Shown piece by piece: positions 39,098-48,654 of a stretch of DNA of 64,000 nt. Position 1 is the stretch's first letter. Every line of letters starts with the position of its first letter. Position numbers and translations under genes: made by a program. Under the pieces are notes generated by a model that saw only the letters and a list, made by a program, of their open reading frames with translations, had not been told where the DNA came from and did no database searches. The DNA is taken from contig CAVXVD010000073.1 of assembly GCA_963765015.1 (NCBI GenBank), positions 1,087 to 65,086 on the forward strand, given 5' to 3'. This DNA comes from an uncultured Acidobacteriota bacterium (GTDB taxonomy: Bacteria > Acidobacteriota > Terriglobia > Terriglobales > Acidobacteriaceae).

Positions 39098-39304
39098 GTG
39101 ACTTTATCAACATTCTTTTTCTTCCCATTCTTCGGCATGCCGTTCGTGTTGTATTTTTTGCCGTCGATCATTGCTTTGGCGCGCGGCAAACGCGATTTGC
39201 TCGCAATCTTTTTGCTGAACCTGTTTCTAGGGGTGACGGTGATTGGCTGGATCGTCGCGCTGGTGTGGGCTGCAAAGAACGATTATCCGGTCGTGGTGAG
39301 GTAG
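39098..39304 (+). CDS. Superinfection-immunity (Imm)-like small membrane protein
   Basis: 68 aa, YFLPSIIALARGKRDLLAIFLLNLFLGVTVIGWIVALVWA matches my recollection of the Imm/PF14373 pattern. Confidence 0.65.
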   Translation: MTLSTFFFFPFFGMPFVLYFLPSIIALARGKRDLLAIFLLNLFLGVTVIGWIVALVWAAKNDYPVVVR

Positions 39305-39330
39305 CGCGGCCCTTGATCGGTAGGCTTCTG

Positions 39331-39759
39331 ATGGTGCGTTTTGGGTTTCTGCTGCTGTGGAGCACCGCTCTCGTCGGCTGCTCCCAGCAACAAGATACTG
39401 CGAAAACTCCAACAGCTGAAGCAGTATTGCAATCCATTCCTGCGGCGGATCCCGCGCAGTACGACCGAATCCGCGACATGAAAACCTGGCGGAATCCGTA
39501 CCTGATCGTCCGACCCGAAAAAGTCGCACTGTTAGACGCCGCGGACAATGCGGAAATCATCCTGAAGCCCGAGGAACTGCTCCCGACGCTAGCGAATTTG
39601 CCGAGTTCGAACTGGCCCTATGGGCGAGTGGTTGCCGCGGCGGAGGATCGGACTAAGGGGTCCGAGCAGGATGCCGTTGCGATTCGTCGCATTAAAGGGA
39701 TTGTGGGCGGGATGTTGCAGGGAGCGCACATTGCGGTGAAGTGGGTACCGTCGTCGTGA
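39331..39759 (+). CDS. Hypothetical lipoprotein
   Basis: MVRFGFLLLWSTALVGCSQQ lipobox. No family recognised. Confidence 0.55.
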   Translation: MVRFGFLLLWSTALVGCSQQQDTAKTPTAEAVLQSIPAADPAQYDRIRDMKTWRNPYLIVRPEKVALLDAADNAEIILKPEELLPTLANLPSSNWPYGRVVAAAEDRTKGSEQDAVAIRRIKGIVGGMLQGAHIAVKWVPSS

Positions 39760-39787
39760 AGCATCGCACGACAAATTTGATCCGATC

Positions 39788-40636
39788 TTGAAAATCTGCA
39801 CCACAATCGACGAAATGCGCGCTGCATCTCGTGAGACTCGTCAAGCGGGCCGGCGGCTGGGATTCGTGCCGACCATGGGAGCGCTGCACGAAGGGCATTT
39901 GTCTCTGGTGCGGGCGGCGCGTGCGTCTACCGAAGTGGTAGCGGCATCGATCTTCGTGAACCCGACACAGTTCGGGCCCAATGAGGATCTGGCGAAGTAT
40001 CCGCGATCGTTCGAAAACGACCGGCGGTTGCTCGAGCGCGAACGGGTGGAGTTGTTGTTTGCTCCTTCGGTGGAAGAAATGTACTCCTCGGGCTCGGTGA
40101 CGTGGGTGAGCGTGGAGGGACTCAGCGACAAACTCGATGGCCGCTCGCGGCCCGGACATTTTCGCGGCGTCACCACTGTGGTCGCGAAGCTATTCCATGC
40201 GGTCGAACCCGATGTAGCATTTTTCGGACAGAAGGATGCGGCGCAGGTGTCAATTATCCGCCGGATGGTCCGTGACCTGAATTTTCCTGTAAGAATTGTG
40301 GTCGCGCCGATTGTGCGTGAGGCCGATGGCCTGGCAATGAGTTCGCGAAATGCCTACCTCGATCCGGAGCAGCGCCAGAAGGCTCTCGTTTTGCAACGTT
40401 CGCTGATGCGGGTGAAGCAGCTTGTGGATGCGGGCGAACGCGATTCATCGCGGCTGGTAGCCGTGGGGCATGAGGAATTTTCGAGGGAGGACTCAGTCAG
40501 GCTCGACTACTTCGAGATCGTCGATCCGGATACGCTGGATCCAGTTGAGGATATCTCCATGGGTGCGCTAGTGGCTGCCGCAGCATTTGTGGGCAGCACG
40601 CGGCTGATCGACAACTTATTGATCGAAAAAATGTAG
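39788..40636 (+). CDS. panC: Pantoate--beta-alanine ligase
   Basis: VPTMGALHEGHLSLV (HxGH), 282 aa. Confidence 0.95.
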   Translation: MKICTTIDEMRAASRETRQAGRRLGFVPTMGALHEGHLSLVRAARASTEVVAASIFVNPTQFGPNEDLAKYPRSFENDRRLLERERVELLFAPSVEEMYSSGSVTWVSVEGLSDKLDGRSRPGHFRGVTTVVAKLFHAVEPDVAFFGQKDAAQVSIIRRMVRDLNFPVRIVVAPIVREADGLAMSSRNAYLDPEQRQKALVLQRSLMRVKQLVDAGERDSSRLVAVGHEEFSREDSVRLDYFEIVDPDTLDPVEDISMGALVAAAAFVGSTRLIDNLLIEKM

Positions 40637-40658
40637 AACTAGCTGTCAGTCACTGCCC

Positions 40659-41504
40659 CTAGTAGGAGTATGGGTCAATGTAGCTGGGAGCGGTGTAGTA
40701 GCCGTCCAACCAAGGCGTATAGCCGTAGTAGTACGGCCAGCCCCAGTAGGGGCTCCAACCGAACCCCCAACCCCATCCCCACCAGCCCAAGCCGAGTCCC
40801 CAACCGCAGCAGCCCCAACCTCCGTAGCCCCATCCATAGCCACGCCAAGCACCGCCGCGCCAGTTAGTTGCCACGGCTCCGTGGTTGAACGCAGCACTTA
40901 TGGGATGGGCATTTGCAGCCAGTGTCGATCCAGCCCTTGGGGCAGACTCCGATGCAGCAGCGCCGTGGGCTGCTCCAAAGGTATGCCATTGACCATCGGC
41001 AATCGCGGTATGTGCAGCTTCCGCACTGGAACGTCCAGCGAAACCTGCGCTTTGCGATCTTCCGGTCTCGGATCTGCCGCTCTCGGCTCTGCCAGCCATC
41101 CCGGCGCTGACGGATCGTCCCGCTCCCCCAGTGCTGTTGCCGGATCGTTGGAATCCGTGCCAGCCGGGAGAGGTGTCACGAACGCCTTGGCCTTCTGAAG
41201 CCCAGGGCCGCGATCCGCCTTCGCGTGCCGAAGATGATCCTCCAAACGAGCCCCTCCCGCCACCATAGCCATAACCGCCGCCATGGGAGGAGCCATAAGA
41301 AGATCCGCCGCCGTGGAAGCCACCGTTTCCGTAGGAGCCCCCATGGTAGCCGCCGCCTGAGAAGCTAGCTCCGCCGCGGGAACCGCCGCCTCCGCCCCCG
41401 TGACCAGCGCCCCCATGCTGCGCGAGAGAGGGTGTAGGCACACAAATGAGCGCGACCGAAGCGATGACAGTAAGAATTGCGCTCAGCGACGTCGGTATTC
41501 TCAT
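40659..41504 (-). CDS. Secreted Gly-rich / Trp-Tyr-rich low-complexity protein
   Basis: GGAGG RBS and signal peptide MRIPTSLSAILTVIASVALICVPTPSLA. Next come GGxHGG/GYGYGGG repeats, and the C-terminus is WRGYGWGYGGWGCCGWGLGLGWWGWGWGFGWSPYWGWPYYYGY. Confidence 0.6.
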   Translation of the reverse strand: MRIPTSLSAILTVIASVALICVPTPSLAQHGGAGHGGGGGGSRGGASFSGGGYHGGSYGNGGFHGGGSSYGSSHGGGYGYGGGRGSFGGSSSAREGGSRPWASEGQGVRDTSPGWHGFQRSGNSTGGAGRSVSAGMAGRAESGRSETGRSQSAGFAGRSSAEAAHTAIADGQWHTFGAAHGAAASESAPRAGSTLAANAHPISAAFNHGAVATNWRGGAWRGYGWGYGGWGCCGWGLGLGWWGWGWGFGWSPYWGWPYYYGYTPWLDGYYTAPSYIDPYSY

Positions 41505-41652
41505 CGGAGTTGCCTCCAGCAAACGGCGCCTGATTACCCGGGAGGGCGTGCCGTTTTCTTTATGCTACTCCCACGTTGGACTCGCATTCCAGAACGAAAG
41601 TTGCATTGTCCGTCAGGGAATTACTTTGGGTCGGCGAACGGAAGCACCCCAA

Positions 41653-42423
41653 CTAAGGGCGCGGAACAGCCGCTAGCGCGCTGGGCTGCGGCTGCATGGT
41701 CTGGCGCACGAGTTCTTCCACTCGCGACCACAAACGTGGATCGCATTGGCTCTGCGTGTGGCTGGGAGTGAAGACCTGCTGGAACCACGATGCCCCACCC
41801 ACGCAATTCACCGGATGCTTCTCATAGTCAAAGAGGTAGTTGCCGAGGATTTGAGTCTTGGAATCGTCAGCTGCCGTGATTTCGCTGCGACCGTGGATCA
41901 AGCCATGAGGTTGGTAGAAGTTCGCGGCCGCCGCTACATTGTCTGGAATTACACCGTCTCGCTGCCAAGGTTTGGCCACGCTATCCACCTGGACGGTTAG
42001 CAGCACAGGGATGCCAGCGCGCTTCAGTTCGCGAGCCAACAGCACGACGGCCGACGCTCCCCAACTGTGGCCGAAGAGAATGATTCGCGCCTGGCCCTTC
42101 TCTTCGTTGGTCAGAACGCCATCGTGGTTGCGGTCCAGCAGCCGGAGGATTGTGTTATAGGCCGTCCTCCGGTGGCGATTCTCAAAGACCTGTACGTAAG
42201 AATCTTTCGGAATCTCCTGACGAATGCGTTGTGCGAGTTGGACGGGACCATGACGAGGATCGTCATGCCTCACGAATCCGCCCGCGAAACCGACAAGAAT
42301 GTAGGAGGCGACGGCCCCGGGATGGATGGCCGCAGCACCATCCGCACCCATGAGTGCCGGTGCGGATGCGACGACGAGAGCGACACCCGCAACCAGCGTC
42401 CGAGATAGTGCCAGGCAAGGCAA
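41653..42423 (-). CDS. Secreted alpha/beta-hydrolase-like protein
   Basis: Signal peptide and the nucleophile elbow ILFGHSWGASAV. No finer family recognised. Confidence 0.6.
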   Translation of the reverse strand: MPCLALSRTLVAGVALVVASAPALMGADGAAAIHPGAVASYILVGFAGGFVRHDDPRHGPVQLAQRIRQEIPKDSYVQVFENRHRRTAYNTILRLLDRNHDGVLTNEEKGQARIILFGHSWGASAVVLLARELKRAGIPVLLTVQVDSVAKPWQRDGVIPDNVAAAANFYQPHGLIHGRSEITAADDSKTQILGNYLFDYEKHPVNCVGGASWFQQVFTPSHTQSQCDPRLWSRVEELVRQTMQPQPSALAAVPRP

Positions 42424-42608
42424 CGTGCGTCCCCACTGAGTAAGATGATTCGCGCCACTGAAGGGATGCGGCAGAATTCAGTCCGATGATCTTTCCCCTC
42501 AGAACGAGTGGCCCACGAAAAGCCCTAACCAGCAAGGCTTTTGGCTGGTTTGAACCCGGTGGCAAGTCTACACCTGCTGTCAAGAGTGCCGGGAAGAGGG
42601 AGGTGGAG

Positions 42609-43256
42609 TCATCTCTTCAGCAACTTGGGTCCTGACACGAACGGGTTTCCGCCGAGAAGGTACCGCAGGGGGTGATCCGCAGCCTTCGTGATGCCGATTC
42701 GCGGCGTAGTGACAATCCCGTGCGCCTTGTATCCATCGTCCGCGATCCACAAGCTGTTCTGCGCAGAAGTCAGGTCGCCGCCATTATCGCGAGAGCGAGT
42801 GACGCCGAAAGATTCGCAAAGCCGTCCTGGACCGCTCGTGAGCTTGATCAGGTCCCGCCCGCCATGCACTTCGACTCCGCGGGCTTCAGCCATCTCATCG
42901 ATGCCAGACAGAGGTTCGAGTGCGCGAAACAATACGCCTCCCGCGTGGCCTTCCGGCTCGCAGGACACATTGAGGCAGTAGTGGTTCCCGTAAATAAAGT
43001 AGACGTAGGCACGGCCAGGAGGCCCGAAAAGCACCGAAGTCCGAGCGGTATTGCCGGCGGCGGAGTGGGCAGCGGGATCGTTCTTCCCGAGGTACGCTTC
43101 CACCTCTACAATGCGCGCGCTGAGAACCTTTTGATCCGCCTGCCTGCGAATCAGCACTTTACCCAGAAGGTCGCGTGCCACGCGGCGCGGACTGCGTGCG
43201 AAGAACGCGCGATCCAGCGGGTGGAAATGGTCCAGTGCTGTCTGGGGCGGGGTCAT
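42609..43256 (-). CDS. DNA-3-methyladenine glycosylase (Mpg/AAG family)
   Basis: IVEVEAYLG, YVYFIYGNHYCLNV and TSGPGRLC motifs. Confidence 0.9.
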   Translation of the reverse strand: MTPPQTALDHFHPLDRAFFARSPRRVARDLLGKVLIRRQADQKVLSARIVEVEAYLGKNDPAAHSAAGNTARTSVLFGPPGRAYVYFIYGNHYCLNVSCEPEGHAGGVLFRALEPLSGIDEMAEARGVEVHGGRDLIKLTSGPGRLCESFGVTRSRDNGGDLTSAQNSLWIADDGYKAHGIVTTPRIGITKAADHPLRYLLGGNPFVSGPKLLKR

Positions 43257-43448
43257 GCAGATGAGATCTTAAATGCTGTGGAATAGCGTTGTGGATAGCG
43301 ATACTTGGCAAATTGCGACGGGTCTCGTAAGTTGCTGACGGGGTGGCGGACGAACCACCGCGAGAAAAAGATCAAAATGTCCGCGTTCTTTTCCATCAAG
43401 CACGGGTTAGGGGCGATGAATGAGGCAGGCGTGGCCGCGCACTAGTGG

Positions 43449-44000
43449 TTAGATGGGTTTCGGATCCATATTCTTGGCGGCGGTTACATTTGAAGGAGTC
43501 GCGTCGAACGACGTGCCGGGTTCGTGCGCAACCTTCTCATGACGCGTGCCGACCTTCCGGATCGCGTCGTGCCAGCCGTCGTCCCAGCTGATGTGGGCCT
43601 CTCCGTCGACGAACGCCCAAGTCCCATGCGGTGAACCAGTCGTTTTGCGGGCTTCTCCATCTGCATCGAGGCTGATGAAGAACTTGCCGCCATTGCCATC
43701 GCCCACTTCCCACTTGCCGATGTAGTGCGATTTTCCCGGCAACATGCCGCCGGACTCGAATTCGATCCGATCGATTTCCCCAGCAATCTTCTCGTGGTGA
43801 CCATCCTTAAAGATGATTGCAGCGGGCGTTTTCAGGTCGATGCGGGAGATCTCACTGGCCGAGACGGTTTGCCGATGGCCGTCTTTGAATACGATCACCA
43901 TGGAGCGATCGTCCGCTGCCGCCGCAGGCTTCGCACCGCCGGCGGCGAACGCGAGCAGCAGAATTGCGGAAACGCGAACGAATCTGACGACAACTCGCAT
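43449..44000 (-). CDS. Hypothetical secreted protein
   Basis: GGAGGG RBS and signal peptide MRVVVRFVRVSAILLLAFAAGGA. Internal duplicated motif IVFKDGHRQ / IIFKDGHHE. No family recognised. Confidence 0.55.
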   Translation of the reverse strand: MRVVVRFVRVSAILLLAFAAGGAKPAAAADDRSMVIVFKDGHRQTVSASEISRIDLKTPAAIIFKDGHHEKIAGEIDRIEFESGGMLPGKSHYIGKWEVGDGNGGKFFISLDADGEARKTTGSPHGTWAFVDGEAHISWDDGWHDAIRKVGTRHEKVAHEPGTSFDATPSNVTAAKNMDPKPI

Positions 44001-44098
44001 AATACCCTCCCCGAAACCAGCGGAAAATAGCGTGCAACTCCGCTTGCATAACAATACGCATTCGCAGCGGCAATAGTTCCTTCTTGGTGTTTCCGAGG

Positions 44099-44566
44099 CT
44101 ACCCTTTGGCAGATTCCTTCAAATAGGACAAAACCTCTTCGGCATGGCTTTCCGGGTTTACTTTCTCGAAGATATGCTGGATTTTGCCGTCTGGGCCGAT
44201 AATGAAAGTAGTTCGCGCTACACCCCAAACTTTCTTGCCGTACATGTTTTTTTCTTTCATGACCCCGAAGGCCTCAGCCACTTTCTTTTCAGCGTCGGCA
44301 AGCAGCGGAAAGGGCAGATCATACTTCTCCTGGAATTTCTTTTGGGCTTTCGGTGTATCAGGGGAGACGCCAAGCAGCACGGCGCCGGTTTTCTGAATCT
44401 GTTTATATGTGTCGCGGAACCCGCGAGCTTCCACCGTTCAACCCGGGGTATTCGCCCGGGGATAGAAGAAGAGGATGACGGTCTTGCCGCGTAAGTCTTT
44501 CAGTGTCAGCTCTTTTCCATTCTCATCCTGCAAAGTAAACTCAGGAGCCTTATCATTGATCTTCAT
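44099..44566 (-). CDS. bcp: Thiol peroxidase Bcp/PrxQ with in-frame TGA at the peroxidatic Cys position (candidate selenocysteine)
   Basis: ORFs 44438..44656 and 44099..44434 share one frame, separated by TGA (44440-44438) and ACG. Joined sequence: MKINDKAPEF...VILFFYPRANTPG[TGA]TVEARGFRD...FIIGPDGKIQHIF. GGAGA RBS before ATG 44566. Confidence 0.8.
44409..44440 (-). promoter_or_regulatory. Candidate bacterial SECIS element (UGA plus downstream hairpin)
   Basis: mRNA: UGA ACG GUG-[GAAGC]-UCGCGG-GUU-CCGCGA-CAC. A 6-bp GC-rich upper stem, a 3-bp lower stem with a 5-nt bulge, and an apical loop containing GU that starts 18 nt after the UGA. Confidence 0.5.
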
Positions 44567-46163
44567 GGGAATTTCTCCGGAAAAATCGAACTCGAGTGTC
44601 AGGAATGCTGCGACAGTGGCGTACCAGCTATCGTTCTCCAGAATTTTACACCGCAAGATTTTTTCCTGCGGGGCGCCGACTCTCTTCCTACTGGCGAACC
44701 TCGTTGGTTCGTGCGTGACAGTATCGGCCCAGGAAGAGCGGCCGCAGATTACTCCGGGAGAGCGAAAGGTACCGCGTAAGAAAGATGCGGATCCGCGGGC
44801 ACTCGCAGTGCTTCAACTTACGGCAAATGGGAAGGCGTCTCTTGTGCCGCTTGCGATCCTGGTCAACGGAAAGTTCTGGGACGCTTCCGCCTACAAAGCC
44901 GATCCCGTCCCTATGGCGCTGGAGCCGGGGACGGTCTACGAGGCGGAGCGGACCGGCAATTCGGTTGGATTGTTCACGGTAACCAGCGCCTTGCACAGCA
45001 ATGCCATCAATGTACAAGCACCGTGGATCGGGACTGGGGCATGGCATCCGACGGGAACCGAGGGGGTTACCACTACAGAGAAGAAAGCTGAATCGGTTCC
45101 CGTGGGAATCGATACCACGGATGAACCGCCCCGGCTTACGCACGATCCAACCGCCAAACCGAACCCGCCTGCGAACACTCCGGCCTCAACTAGTCCCGCT
45201 TCTTCAATACCGTCCCCGTCAAGCGGACAGCCAGATACAGGGGATGAACCGCCACGTTTGACTAAACCTGCGTCCGCTCCTGCGGGCTCGGCTCAATCCA
45301 CTCCTGCGCCCCAGGCTGCGGGTGATTCGAAACCGAAAGATACCGAGGCGGCCGGTGCCAAGCCGGACCAGCAGGCAAACGTACCCGCCTCCGACAGTGG
45401 TGCCACGGAAGGCAACCGTCCGAGATTGAGGCGCGGAAAGCCAGCGGAGTCCTTTGCTGACGAGGAAGTGCCCGGCTATAGCAAGCCCGGTGCCCCGCTA
45501 AGAATTCCAGCGGACGCCGCGAAGATCATCGAGGCGCCTGCGGCTCAAGGTCCGGTGCAGTTGATCCCCGCGATTTCCGACGCCAACGGCCCCGAGCTTC
45601 GCTCGTTCGTCTTCGATTGGCTCAAGGAAGAGGAAGGCGACCGCCGAAAGCAAATGATGGGGCTGGCAAAGGACCAGCTCCATGCCTATCTGGCCGCGCA
45701 AGCCAAGGCAAGGATCACGCCGAAGCCGGAGCATCCATCTGCTGCTCGGCATGCTCCGGCGGCGAAGCTGCAAGAGCCGATCTTCGAGAACGTGCAGATG
45801 ATCGCCTATGACTTGTGGAAGAACGGTCAGGCGGTAATCGTCTTTAGCGCGGATGCCCACATGCCCCCTCCGCCTGTGGGCACAGCTCATTCCGAGGTCG
45901 ATACGGAGATGCGATATTCCATCGTGCTGGTCGCGTATCCCGACATGTACAACAATCTGCACAAGCTGTATGTGGGAGTCACCGACAAGTATCATCTCGA
46001 TGTCACACCACGCCTTGAATTAATTGATGCGGTGGATGCCGACGGTGACCGGCGTGGAGAGTTGCTCTTCCGCAAGGTGACTGACGCAGGAACTGGCTGG
46101 GTCCTCTATCGCGCAACCGCCGACAAGTTATGGGTGTTGTTTGATAGCTTGAGTCCGGAATAA
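44565..46163 (+). CDS. Hypothetical secreted Pro-rich protein (start uncertain)
   Basis: Long ORF 44475..46163. Signal-like segment HRKIFSCGAPTLFLLANLVGSCVTVSAQ around 44650-44730. Central Pro/Ala/Ser-rich linker with repeated DEPPRL motifs and a conserved-looking C-terminal domain. The 5' part of the ORF overlaps bcp on the other strand. The first in-frame ATG outside most of bcp is 44565, but the true start may be nearer 44650. Confidence 0.5.
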   Translation: MGISPEKSNSSVRNAATVAYQLSFSRILHRKIFSCGAPTLFLLANLVGSCVTVSAQEERPQITPGERKVPRKKDADPRALAVLQLTANGKASLVPLAILVNGKFWDASAYKADPVPMALEPGTVYEAERTGNSVGLFTVTSALHSNAINVQAPWIGTGAWHPTGTEGVTTTEKKAESVPVGIDTTDEPPRLTHDPTAKPNPPANTPASTSPASSIPSPSSGQPDTGDEPPRLTKPASAPAGSAQSTPAPQAAGDSKPKDTEAAGAKPDQQANVPASDSGATEGNRPRLRRGKPAESFADEEVPGYSKPGAPLRIPADAAKIIEAPAAQGPVQLIPAISDANGPELRSFVFDWLKEEEGDRRKQMMGLAKDQLHAYLAAQAKARITPKPEHPSAARHAPAAKLQEPIFENVQMIAYDLWKNGQAVIVFSADAHMPPPPVGTAHSEVDTEMRYSIVLVAYPDMYNNLHKLYVGVTDKYHLDVTPRLELIDAVDADGDRRGELLFRKVTDAGTGWVLYRATADKLWVLFDSLSPE

Positions 46164-46264
46164 AAGCGACTGGCGGATCTCGCTGAAGCTGCGTCCGAGC
46201 CCCCCAGTTTAGAATGACAGCCCGCGTGCGACTGAAGAACGGAAAGTTTATCAAGCACGACTGA

Positions 46265-47818
<1,554 letters not shown>

Positions 47819-47859
47819 CGAATTCTATCGCTGGTCCGGACAATCCCGCTCGGTAGGAG

Positions 47860-48513
47860 CTACTTTCCCTGCATTACCAGTTCCCCGTTTTCCACTTTGA
47901 TCCCACCGACGCCGTCCGGAAGCTTCAGTCGGTCGCGCTGTTCAGCCAGTTTCTTCTGCAGGGCAGGATTTACCAGCGAAACTGGAACATTCAGATCTCC
48001 GACTTTAAATTCTGTCGGATCGAAAGTCGCATAGCCGTTCTGATCGCCTAGATGTCCGGAAATCGTAACCCAAACATCTTTGCCCGCGATTTCGGTGAGG
48101 AACTGCCCGTGCACGACGTCGCCGTCGAAGCTGACCTGCTGGTCTTTGATGGAAGGCGCGCCGCTGCCGAGATTGGTATCCGGAGAGAGAGCTGCCCCGC
48201 CCGCGTTCCCTAATGACTGCGCGAGTACTGCGCTGATTTCGTCGGAATTGATGTGGACCTCGGGCTTGGGGCTGATTGAATCTGAGGGAGCGCTCGGTCC
48301 TGCGTCGGCGGTTTGAGAGGAACCTAGAGGCTGCTGGGCGGCCTGCTGGAACTCCGCCATCTTTTGGTCAAACGACCTCGCATGTTCCGCCACAGCCGTG
48401 GCCGGTTGCGGTTGCGCTACTGGCGCAGGCTTCTTCAGTACCAGGACAATCGCGATCAGCGATGCCACCAGCGTAGCAATACTGATAATGCGGTCAATCT
48501 TAAGCTTTTTCAT
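47860..48513 (-). CDS. Hypothetical membrane-anchored protein
   Basis: 217 aa with a single N-terminal TM helix (IISIATLVASLIAIVLVL). No family recognised. Confidence 0.55.
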   Translation of the reverse strand: MKKLKIDRIISIATLVASLIAIVLVLKKPAPVAQPQPATAVAEHARSFDQKMAEFQQAAQQPLGSSQTADAGPSAPSDSISPKPEVHINSDEISAVLAQSLGNAGGAALSPDTNLGSGAPSIKDQQVSFDGDVVHGQFLTEIAGKDVWVTISGHLGDQNGYATFDPTEFKVGDLNVPVSLVNPALQKKLAEQRDRLKLPDGVGGIKVENGELVMQGK

Positions 48514-48654
48514 TGCAGCTTAATGCTACCGTGCGGCCAGAAGGAAATAAGGTGACCGAAGTGCCGGGTCGGCCGGCGCCGGAGGGTCTATTTGTTGAGG
48601 CTAAGCTGGGGGGATCGGGTCCCGCGGGTGCTCCGAATTTGGCTCTGCTTTCGT

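Noticed and set aside
39098-39304. The Imm-like gene as a marker of a prophage or mobile island.
   Set aside because: There is no integrase, transposase, tRNA target, direct repeats or other phage genes within the window. It sits inside a housekeeping pan locus.
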